From the NCBI GenBank assembly GCA_965285935.1, contig OZ260663.1:26102001-26166000 (forward strand): DNA of 64,000 nucleotides, given 5' to 3'. How positions within the stretch are numbered: the stretch's first letter is position 1; each line of letters starts with the position of its first letter. Both the position numbers and the translations under genes were made by a program. The DNA comes from Ophelia neglecta. Its lineage: Eukaryota. Shown here piece by piece: positions 12,639-24,265 of the stretch. The notes beneath the pieces were generated by a model that worked only from the letters and a program-made list of their open reading frames with translations, did no database searches and was not told the DNA's origin.

Positions 12639-14845
12639 ATGTAGAGCGTGTGAATTCCCAATCTCGATCAATGGACAATGATTCACCCTCAGTCTGTTCC
12701 ACGTAGGTGGTATTGACAAACGGCCCGACGTAGTCAGATCTTCAGTCTGTGGTAACGTGTTAATTTTTACTCTGTCAGATCTCGAACTTGTTATGTGTCC
12801 CTTTTGTAATACGTTTATTTCAAGTTTGTTTTACCCAAGGGCCCCTGCTACTTCTTACCTAACTAGTGTATGGAGTTTTAAGAGAGCTGTTAGACCAATT
12901 ATACGTAGAAGTCAGCCTATATAATACGTAGGTTAACATTATACCTGGGATAGAAGAAACATTCTTATATCCCACATTTTACATGTATGGGCATGGCGTG
13001 CATTTGGTGTGTATGAAAATAGTGTGTATGCGAATATCGAACAAATAACTATAGAAGTGTCACGTAAAGAATAACATTGTTAGCATCTGCCTCCCTGTTG
13101 ACTTTCACTAAGAAAAAAGCCTAGCGGTTCTTGTATTTTATAAGTGTTCACTGCCTTAAGGTGAATTTGACAAATCTGTGTTTTTCTCACATTTGTGTCA
13201 TATCCACGCTTGGATGAGGTCGCAGTTGTGCGCACGCGCACTTCCCGACTGTTTTACCTTGTATTTTCAGCCCGACCTAGTAAGTAGGGAATGGAAATAC
13301 ATATCTTTAGGCATAAGTAATAAGATATTGAAATATTCAGCCGTAATAAACACCCCGTCATCAGTTTAAAAACAGATTCGTTGAACTAATTATGTCGGTG
13401 GGAAAAATATTACATCGCTTTGAAGTTATGGGGCAGAGAGTTGCGAACACACTTCCCCTGATGTGTTGCGGGCACATGCATGTTCAACTTAGATACCATT
13501 AACTAGCCGAGGTTGTTTTTTGTAAGGCAATACGAACAATGTGTATAGAGTCTCCATCCGTTTTCCGAGGGAACATGATATTTTCATCGATCCATTATTG
13601 ATCCGCTCAGTATACTGGCATTCGCTGCCTGTTATCATGTGACATGAAGTGGATGGGAGAGGCAAAGTACAGTGGGAATTAGGGGCTAGAAAGGAGGTTA
13701 GAAGTAGATGGAGTAAACGGGGTGATTGGATAACATAGATTATATCTGGGATACAGATTCACGCCAGATGGAGCAAATAGAATTATCAAAATGTATCTCA
13801 ACGGTAGACAACTATGATTAAAATAAATCTACCAGCATCCGCCTTAATATATATATATCAATGTTGATTACAATGAAGAAAGGCCACCAGTAAGACTGTA
13901 TACAGCCGAATTCAATAAAGCCGCACTTATATCTGTAAAGTATATGATAAGAATATGTTTGCCCTTCCAGTGTTCGGAGTCAAGTAATTTCAGTATTATG
14001 GATCATAAGTTTTCGATATGTGCCTCAAGCGTCTTTCACACGGGTCGAATTAACAACCAACACTGATACAGCATAGTTGGTCTACCACCAAATAAAGAAA
14101 CAAATTTGAATGTACAAAATTGGGATATGGCCCTTTTCTTCGTAAAGCACATCTAACATTAATTTGTTAATTACCAATGACACCTCAGCGTATAAAATTT
14201 AAATTCTGTCCAATAACTTTACGGTTAGTCGATGAAAAAGGCATTACTAAATAATAATAATAATGTTAATAAAAATGAATACATGTAGTATGCTTTTTGA
14301 CTAGCTACCACCATTTAGACAAATATTTGTTTATGCCCCATTTACATTTGTAGAAACGGGTTTAGGTGGTCAAAACAGTTTTGCTATAGTCGACAATCGA
14401 CCAGATCATCAGTATAAGTTGCGGCTGTTTGCCAGGGTATTACTTTAAGGTCCTGTGTGCTAACCCAGTGATATGAATTACGTTGGTTAAAAGGAACACT
14501 TTCACCAAACTATCTAAGAATGAACCACGACGTAATGACTTGTTTCTAGTTTTCAGTATTTTAACATCTAGACCAGTATTTGTTTTGCTAGAGCATGGAA
14601 GCCACACACAATGACTTTTTTCATGCTCCTTAACCCAAACCTTTGACCCTGTCACTCTTTAGTCTACCTTTATCAGTTTACCCAATATTAATCACCCAAC
14701 GGCTGAACAAATCTCAAATTTTTATCAGGATATTCTAATACATCAGAATGGGAAACTATATATTTAATTTTGTAACGTATAAAGCTTATATTACAGCAAA
14801 CTGTTTTCCTCAGATCATCTACTTCCCGGTACAAACGAAGCAAAC

Positions 14846-16980
14846 ATGGCATGGTTTACCCAGACAGGTACTTCTTGGATATATCTATAATCTTTTTGTT
14901 TTACTGGTTCGAAGAAAGCAGACTTGCATTATGCATTATCTGTCTATCATTACTTTTATTTTCAATTTCGCAATTGATTAATCGGGCAAATTTACAACTC
15001 AATTAAATTATCCCAAACAATAAAGCAGAGGTAGATATAATATTAACTAGTACGTTTCATTACAGTTGCATTGCCTTATGGTTCCTTCCTGGCGAATTCA
15101 AGCACCAACCTGAATACTTATATTGATGACAACTTACAGCCAGTGGAACCATTTAATACCAGAATGAAGGAGGCCGTTGACCAACTGGCATCGTTTCTCA
15201 GGGAGCATCCACAGCTTAACGTTAGTAAGGTGGTTAAAGTAAGTTCAGAAATATTTATGTTATATTTAGTTTTAGATTTGTGAAATCGCTGACCCATCCC
15301 TGTTATCCTACACATAAGCAATGTCTAGCTATGTGTTTAACCGACGGAAATAAAGTTACCGACACAATATGATATATTATTTCTGAAAAAAAAAATACAT
15401 GAAAAAATTAAATGTATAGTTGGTAGAAGGTGTTGATTAGGGGGTAGGGAAGAAGGTATTTGGGAATTTGGAGAGGATTTCTGGGAGGATGTTATTAGGG
15501 TTGCGACGGGTCGGTTGGTAGGTCATGTAGGTTGTTATTTTATTTGCCTACTAGTTAGCTACTTCAAGGTATACATAGCAGTATCAATTAGTTGCAGTCA
15601 AATATTTCAGAATTCATGTAGATTATTGAGGCCTTCAGACATTGACGCCAATTGTTTTGATAAATGCGCATTATTTTTTATGGTTCTTTCGTTGTCTCGC
15701 ACTATTTGGTTAATATTAAATTTTCATCAAGAGTGGATCCATGGGAAAGGGAACTGCCATAAAAGACGATGCAGACATTGATTTAGTCGTGTTCCTGAAT
15801 GGTTACAACTCCATGGCAGAGCTTGTCAGAGACCGAAGAGCAATGCTACAGAGGATAGAAGGCTACATCAGAGAAAGAGAAGTTACGAAATGGATATTGT
15901 GGTAAACAACACGTCTGAGTACGTTCTGGGCCTGACGGTGAAATTACGATCACATTCAGAAAAAATACCAGTAGACCTATTGATAGCCAGAGACTATAGT
16001 AGCTGTCAGGTATGTCATCCACCCATTGACTTAATAACTGTCAGTTTTTGCAAGTAGTATCAACTGCCGAAGTACTATTTAATTAACCTTGATTTTAGTG
16101 ATTATCGAACATGTACAATCTAAATAGCGCAATGGGTTGATCACAAAATTTTGACCTCAGGACATATACAGGGAGATGACATCTGGTAACTATGGTGCCT
16201 ATTCTACTTCACTGGCCCAACAGCAGCTGGACTTCGTCAGAGCAATGCCTCCAAATATCAAAAACTTGATACGACTCGTAAAACACTGGAAGAATACACA
16301 TCTAACGGTACGCCCAATAAATATGTCAAACAATACAAAATATAATCTTTAATATATTTACGGTGGACAATGTTCACTGCTTATTTCAAATTCTATGGAT
16401 TTCATTTCAAAATATTTTATTATTTATTGAAAAGGGCCGTACTGCCCCAAATTCATATGCCATGGAGCTCTTGGTTATACATGAGTGGCAGAAAGCTGGG
16501 AGACCCCAGCGATTTAACACAGACGGAGCATTCAAGCAGATCATGACAAGTCTGACATCCGGACATACTATCAAGGCTTATTGGGAAGAGAACTATCGAT
16601 ATGCTGACTTTAAGGGACAGGCAGCGGCTACAACGTAATACTAAAACATTTTTATAATATCCACAATAACAACTGAGATGCAACTTGCTGTTTTAGTTAT
16701 TTATCGGCAGAAAAGTCAATACTTTATATAGTTTTGTATTAATTACCACTTGTCAAAGAAGTATATATTTTTAATAGAAGATGGTGCACAAACGACGCCT
16801 AAAGATCGACGATTAAAAAAATATGAATCGTTCGGTTTCAGAAATGGTCCATTTTTGTTGGATCCTGCTAATCCATTTGATAATGTTGCTGCTCGCTTCA
16901 ACTGGCAAGATGTACCGAAAATGGCCGGAGCAAGTTTGGAAAGTCCAAAGCTTCGGTGTGTGCAAGCTAGATGGAACTGA
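14846..16980 (+). pseudogene. OAS: OAS copy 2: zinc-finger-less OAS with a 1-bp frameshift (pseudogene, null allele or sequence error)
   Basis: Candidate start exon 14846-14867 (MAWFTQT, phase 1), then 15066-15238, 15732-16009, 16161-16307, 16435-16634, 16842-16980. The catalytic exon is 278 nt versus 279 in copies 1 and 3 (GAAAG-AGAAG versus GAAAGGAGAAG near 15877), giving TAA at 15903-15905 before the third catalytic Asp. Confidence 0.82.
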
Positions 16981-18246
16981 GATGTTAGTTGTAAAATGTG
17001 TGTGCCACATGTCAAGCGTGAAAAGAAACAAGCAAAGTGTATGTACAATGTCACTTTAGTTAATTTGCAAATGAGATATATAGAAAGAGAAAAGTGCACA
17101 TTTAAATTTTGTCTTTTGTCTTTTTTGTTTGATTTAGTTCTAGCACAATATCATAATATTTGGCTTAAGGTTCTCATTAATAATTGGCTCATTTTTCACT
17201 GTTCTATTCAACTATTTAGTTGTTCCTGTGGTTTCGGTATATGTTTTTATTTATATTTATCTAGTATACTATATGTGCCAATGTTAATTCTACCGTAGTT
17301 TAGTGAACGTAATAAAAAAGTTTTGGGTGATTTTCAGTCAATGGATTCTTGATGCTCGTTTTGGAATATGTGTCCGAGCAGCCGACCTAGATTTAATGCT
17401 TGTACATTATTGATTTCCGTTCAAGCACAAAAAGTTCCCCCGTATTTAGTGATTATCCTTTTGGTTTAACTTTTTAAAATTGTAATAGGCAAACTATAGG
17501 GAGATTACTTCAATTAAATTTGGATGTTGTCTTGTCAGGCTCCCAGATCCCCCGGCTATGACTTTAGAAAATACGCCCCTTCCCCTGCACCCAGACATAT
17601 GGATTGAAATACACCCCCATGTGCCGGATAGGCAGTTTTATTTTAACTCCCCTCCTCCCATCCTGGACAGGGATGTCCTCTCCCCCATTGTCCGTGGAGG
17701 ACAATTTCTGGAAGAGCCCTTACTTTGTCTATCACCAGTAGCGTTGTATCTTTAACTCGTTGACGTATGGAGGTTTGCTGAAAGTTACTGCCTTATATTT
17801 AGTGTATTTTTTATTTTAGTATTTGGTGGCCGAATTGGAACATCCTGCTCTCTATTTTGTGTTTGCATTTTTTAAATCTGCATATACTAACACAGTGTCA
17901 AACCCAGCCTTTAACGTTCAGGTTCATTTTGTTTCTGCAGGCGAAATCTTTTGTGTCGTATTATATATGTTCAACACTTTCAGTTTAGCCATGGTGACAG
18001 GGAAAACTTATGCTGTATTAATGAAATAAGTATGCAAGCCTCGGATATTTTGCTTTTTAGCCTTATTAATATGATACTCCAATAGTAAAATAGCTGTTTT
18101 GTTAAATAGCTGCTTACCTTTAGAAGAGTAGATTTCAGTAAGATTAATTAATGCTCTTGGTTTACTGTTAGGATAAACTCAATACTGTTGGACAAATCAA
18201 ATATATATACTAAGAACTTAACCATAGTAAAGAAGCGTGATATTGA

Positions 18247-19800
18247 TTAAATGATAATCATCAACTGTTCCCAAACAATTTCTCTCCACGTAATCCTTGC
18301 TCTGTGTATTTTCGTCTTGTTGGAGAATCCTTTCAATGGAAATTTATCTTGTGTCAGCTTCTTAATTATACTGTTCACACTAAAGTTAAATTTGAAGTAA
18401 TGTCTAAATCCTAAAAGAAAAGTCACGACAATAGAAACATTGTATTTATTGATCTTTTTTTTGCAGAATAACAGGAAATATAATGCTTTATTTGATTGTA
18501 AGCATATGTTTACCAATAAAGATATAAGTAGTCGATAAGTTGCTCTTATTCATTAAAATATTTGTGGATAGTAAACTGTTGGTGAATCAAGATTAATGCA
18601 TTTATAAAACGCCATATCTGCTAATATTATTCTCTATAATAAAAGTATTTTTCATAGACAGGTATCGTAAACACTAAAATAAAAACTAGCTTCCCTGTTG
18701 TTCCCATCAGCTTTGAGCGTATGTTACAAAGACATATTACTGCGCAGAAGGTAATAAAGAAATCTATACCATCTAATTGATTCAAGCAAATGGTATTTAT
18801 ATTCCACTACCACTATCATTTGAAATATTTCAGAATAGAAATACTGTAGTAAAGTAAAGTGAATGACTAATAGGACACTTCGCTCTTGTCTGTTTTATTT
18901 TGGGCAGATTGGATCTAGACCTGATCTGGACCATATACTGTATCATTACACAACACCTCCACCAAAGATTCCCTATAACCTTTAAAAACCGATTCCGTAC
19001 GCTAGATCGATTTATATAACAGGGTTTGGTCATAAACGTTCCTTCAAATCTGTTCAATCCACAGAAGAATGTTGACCTTGTTAAAGACCAACGGAGCGTC
19101 TGATCATAACGCTTTCTCCAAGCCATAACTGTCGGTTAGTGATATGCTAACGCATAGACAAGATAACTAAAATATGGATATATGGACCAATATATAATAT
19201 ATAATTAGGTGCAAAGTGTTTAACAAGATACCAGCGCAAAACATGGACGTTTTCTCTTCTTTAAGTGCGATGTTGGGCACGATTTTGGTCTCGTGTAAAC
19301 ATATTATGGGAGTTCTACCTATTTTCAAATCTTATCCCGTTGCATTATTTATGGTAATTCTTTGTGATTTTCATTCTACTCTACTCGAATGAATAGGGCT
19401 ATACAACAATTCAGTAAAAAAATAGTTCGTCTATTTTAATAACACGTACTGTAGTGTGTGTACTTCTGCATGGACATAACACACGCCAGTATGGAGAGAA
19501 AATATTTAGAATTACATATGAGTAATACGGTTAAAAGTCCTTGCAATACTTTAGGAACAATTGCACTACAAGGTACATACAAAGTTCCCTGTGAATGTAC
19601 ACAAAATAAAAAAATAATATTTAGTAATATTGAACTAAAAAGTTTAGAATTTGCTACCATGCAAGAATAGTTGAAATATCTAATTTGACCAATTACCGAT
19701 TATAAGCATGTATGGCGGTAGTGTCGAATATGTAGAAATGCCGAAATACCGAATATGGAGTAATGCCGACTATAAGAAAAATTGCGGAAGTACAGCCCAC
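18247..19800 (+). repeat. Block X, three copies (about 18247-19800, 24265-26160, 35600-37310)
   Basis: Long near-identical non-coding stretches, e.g. AACCTTTAAAAACCGATTCCGTACGCTAGATCGATTTATATAACAGGGTTTGGTCATA in all three. Confidence 0.88.
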
Positions 19801-20350
19801 CTTCTTTTGCCTTATATCCAATACAAATAGTAGTTTTATATAATCGAGGCAAATGGTAACAAGAACAATGCTGTAATGGGTTACCAATAATAATACTACT
19901 ACTTTTCAGCTTTGAAAAGAGCCAAAAAAGAGAAGAAAAACAAAAGACAAGGCCCAAAGAACTATAAGCAAAGCTGTAATTGCAGACGAAAAAAAATAAA
20001 GCCAAACAACAAGGAAAGCCTTAATATAGAAAAATAATAATAGTTATACATAAATACACGCACATCCATATCATACATACAACCCATGCTTATAATGCAT
20101 ATTGTTGTTTAATAAGTGATTCTTTAATTGACCTTTCACAAAGCCCAATGAGTTCACATTACATTTTAGTCTTGAAACACACACACCAATGCTGTGGGCC
20201 AGCATATGTTAGAGTATTTTATCTTAAAGATGTTCTACAATTTGCTAAATTATATGGAGATCCCTGCCGGCTTATGTAATCATGCCTCTCTCCCTGAATA
20301 TTCAGCATTTCACTGAATAAAAACAATAATCTGTCCAATTTGACATTTTA

Positions 20351-20630
20351 ACATAAATAAGCAACAAATATATCTCTTGTAGAAGAGGTTACTGGTGATC
20401 TTTATATCCAACATTATATATTGATTGTATTATCCTCTTCTGCAACCAGTGTAAATTTGACAAGTAAATGTTTGGAGCTTAAAGTAGTTACTTCATCACA
20501 TAAATAAGCAACAAATATATCTCTTGTAGAAGAGGTTACTGGTGATCTTTATATCCAACATTATATATTGATTGTATTATCCTCTTCTGCAACCAGTGTA
20601 AATGTTTGGAGCTTAAAGTAGTTACTTCAT
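20351..20630 (+). repeat. Direct tandem duplication, about 147-bp unit x2
   Basis: Unit starting ACATAAATAAGCAACAAATATATCTC at 20351 and 20498; second copy lacks about 13 bp. Confidence 0.9.
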
Positions 20631-21749
20631 ATGGTTTCATATTGACCTTTGCTATTATTTTCGCTAATTATTCAGGGCAACATTAATAAAGTATTTAAAT
20701 CTACAAAACAACTTTCCCATTTCAAATCAGATACTAAAAATGTAGTCGGTCAAATTATTAATGAGATTCTTTCAGTGTAGAATTGATAAGTGTCTCATGC
20801 TTATTAACGAAAATCAGTAAACGTTTACTACAGACTGGATATAGGCCTAGATTGTGAATTACGCGTTGTTGGCGATTTCGTTTCGCATTGACATAATTCA
20901 GTTGTGGAATCAAGCAGGAAACACGTGATTACGGTAGCACCGCTAAATTTAAACCTCTGCCATCCCCACCTTCACCGGTTTGTTAAAGCCTTAATTCCGT
21001 TTGATTTTCTAGTGCACGGCATTTAATTAACCGGGTTCAATCGTTAACGATACACTGCAGATAAACCGGAATGCGGGGGAAGGGGGGGGGGGGGAGGTAA
21101 ACAAATGTCCTATTACATGGCCCAGTTATACAACATGAATAGGTGTTGTCGCACATCGATACCATAATCGCAAAGTTGTTTCATTAATAGGCAAGAGATA
21201 GGTTAGCCATCATAGCAGTTTCTATCAGTAATTCCCGGGTAAAAATCACATCCTCTTCATTACATGATCAGTCAAATACCCACTCTAGATTTTCGCGTTT
21301 TGACTGTTCATTTCACTTAGTCATTATACCTTAACAGAAAAAGGCACATCTCATGGTGGCACGTTCGTGAATATATATGCATATAAGGCGTCAGTAATAT
21401 ATTTGGCTTTAGCCCTATACATCACATGTCGAGCAATCGAACATGTGCAAAAACACAGAATTAACTAGAATATAAATTAAGTATGACATGTGAAGACATA
21501 ATAGTGCAAACCTGTGCGTTAAGAGGAAACTTGAAAACAATTTCATTGCAATCGCAATGTGACAATACATACACTCTTCTATAACAATCCAGTACCAAAG
21601 GCAATCACCTGATTCCGTGTAGTTTTTCAGTATATCAGTACCTTCTTATAGTTAATTTTACACAAATAATACTTCGTTAAATATCAGCATGGCTATGAAT
21701 GACAGTAACATGTCTTTTGTAATAAGATTTATACCATTAACATTGATTG

Positions 21750-24265
21750 ATTGATTTTTCTTACTGTTGCCAAAAAATATAATTTATTTATACAATTTTA
21801 AAATGATTAAATATTAACATAAGATGCCTTCCCACGGGTGAGTCGAGCCTAGCTCTGCTTCAGCATTAACAATGGGAAATGACTCAGCCCGCCTTTGAAT
21901 GCGTATGGACTATTGATCCACCGTCCGGCATAATCAGACCTCCATCCTGAATCGTTGATTAAATGTTGAGTGGTTGAAGCAGCTAATACGCTGACGAGTG
22001 TTTTTGTGTTAGTGATGCAATATTGAGAGTCATTCAGCCTTCTGGTCACATCGGTTTGTAGTAAAAGCTTCGTCAACCGTTTAGAAAGAAAGTTAGGTAT
22101 GAATCTTCTTGAAAATGTTTACTGTGTTGGAAAAACAGTGGAAAGCAGTGAAGGAAGTTTGGCCTATTTTGGGTCTTAGTAGGGAATCCCTCTATGTACC
22201 ATTGGATTATACGTGCTTGTTCATGGCCTCCCAGGGAATCCCTTATTCCAGTTTTAGTTCAAACTTCATGTATGGTACACGACATAATAAATTCAGTTTC
22301 TCGAGGATCATTCATTCTAAATTTGGCATATTCAATATATGACCAGTGTATTATGCAATCAGCGGGCCTCTTGTCGGCGTATAACCACAGTAGTGCTCCC
22401 ACTCAAATGGTCGGATAGTTATACGCTCTACAAGCCTAGAGCAATGATATTCTAGCAATCACACCTGTCTTAATGCGTTTGAACTTAATCATGAACCCAG
22501 GAAGATTCATATTCATAGGCAAAAAAATTGTTGGCGGGCAAACAGGTTTTGTGGACTGGGTGCAGTGTTCGCAACATTTAGGGCAGTCCTTCAGAGATTC
22601 AGTGTTGCCGATCAATTCAGTTTGCGCTTAATACAACGGTAGTAGTATAGGTGTCGTCTGAAAGTAGTACTTGATCCCTTTTCGATACACCGAGACAAAA
22701 CACGCATTATGTAGCGGTTCTGTCTGTGAACATAACTCACAATGGCCACCATATTGACCTGATACTTAATACCTCGAGCTGAGATCCAGACAGTTGGGAA
22801 TGTTAACGAGACGTCTTTTCCTTTTAATTCTAATAATTACGAAAGAACGTACAGCTAATAACATATATTCCTACTGAATTGTCTTTGATGATGCTTTTAG
22901 TCGTGCGGGTGTGTGTGTGGGTGTGTGGGTGAGGGTGTGTGTGTGTGTGTGTGTGGGGGGGTCTATCAATTGCTATGGATACCTTTTTTTAATTAATCAA
23001 CGCTTTTTTCATCCGGGATTAAATCCGTGGCTCAGTAATTAACATTTTCGATTTGGCGGATCAAGATTTCTTTAATCAATATTTATGGAAATACCATCTC
23101 TCTGCAAGCTCATGGTAACCATTTATTTGTCTAATTGTTTCAACGAAGATTGAGTTAAGTGTACTCGTCCGTCTCGCTACAGAGTAACTTTATCGTACAA
23201 ATAAAATGGGTGGTTCTGCAATGATTGTAGGCCTATACATGTATTATGAATTAACCATAATCAATTTAATTTTAGACTTACAGTGTTTGCCTTCACTGAA
23301 ACCGCGGCATAGCCTATATAAATGTACCAATCATATTAGCTCACCCTGCTGGCAGTCATAAAAATAATTGATTTTTATCGGTATTATGGAAAATTTACAA
23401 TGGTCTTAGCAAAATCTATTGTATGTGTTCTGTCTGTATTTATTTTATTACATTAAGAATACTATAATAACGAAGAAACTTAAATATCTTTTAAATTTAT
23501 TCACACTTAATGGATGACTACTATGATAATGGATATTTAACAGTTCACATTTCCTATCGCTTTATGCTCGCTTGGGGTCCATCGTTTACGTGTAAAGTAT
23601 GTTATAATGTATTGAATGCAGTTTATATATATGTTTACTACCCGTTTGGATCAGAAGGTTCGTTGCTCGACCCTCACATTTGAATTAAGGTGTTCTTGGC
23701 GTGGGTTTCCAAGTGTTCATTACCTAGTTTCAAGCATTGTACATTGTACAATACACATATCAGGTATTGGCAACGTTCAGCTAATGGACAGCCAAATTCC
23801 GTGTAGTACAGGACAGCTCACGAATAGATAAATGATTCATATTATTCTGTCCAAACAACAGGCTGATGTCACTAGTGGACTTTGTATGGTAGATAAAGAA
23901 CGAGGTGGAGATGACTCTTGATAATAATACCATCGAGAGTGCTGCTCGAGGGTCGTCCATATCGAGTGCACTATCACACTTAATATATCTGTAGGTTGAC
24001 TTATGTTTTTGGATAACCTGGTAATCTAGCAGGCAATCTCTGGTAAACTCTCAGGCAGTGCCCTGTACAATTGAACAATAAAGGGCTGGTCATTGGCCTG
24101 AAAAGTGCAGAACATCGTTGACCCATAATATGTTGACCATACACATAATTAGGCGATTAAAACAAGGACTTCGCTTATTAAGCCCTGCATGGCTAAGGAT
24201 TTTAAATCCTAATTTTTATTCATTGTATACGACACAGTCAGTCTGGCTGTTTATACTCTGTACAA
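21750..24265 (+). repeat. Block Y, three copies (about 21750-24265, 26180-28590, partial 37330-39330), including the promoter/5'-exon module and a (GT)n tract
   Basis: Shared GTGTTAGTGATGCAATATTGAGAGTCATTCAGCC and GGGATTAAATCCGTGGCTCAGT; (GT)n at about 22909-22955 and 39003-39031. Confidence 0.88.

Larger units (their letters stand above)
9400..14240 (+). repeat. Tandem duplication of the OAS promoter/5' intron module (about 9400-10900 versus 12385-14240; second copy interrupted by about 600 bp at 12750-13345)
   Basis: Collinear shared blocks such as GATGGGTGTCACGA..TATGTCAATATTA, TGGACAATGATTCACCCTCAGT, GTTATCATGTGAC and ACAAAATTGGGAT. Confidence 0.8.

Noticed and set aside
15515-15781. ORF repeated at 32803 and other ORFs recurring in blocks X and Y
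   Set aside because: Intronic or intergenic; recurrence reflects recent duplication and the stops differ between copies.
20351-20630. Possible CRISPR-like repeat
   Set aside because: Only two long adjacent units with no spacers, in a eukaryotic context.
20874-20886. Isolated ISRE-like GATTTCGTTTCGC
   Set aside because: Single short match in AT-rich DNA, not conserved in paralogous modules.
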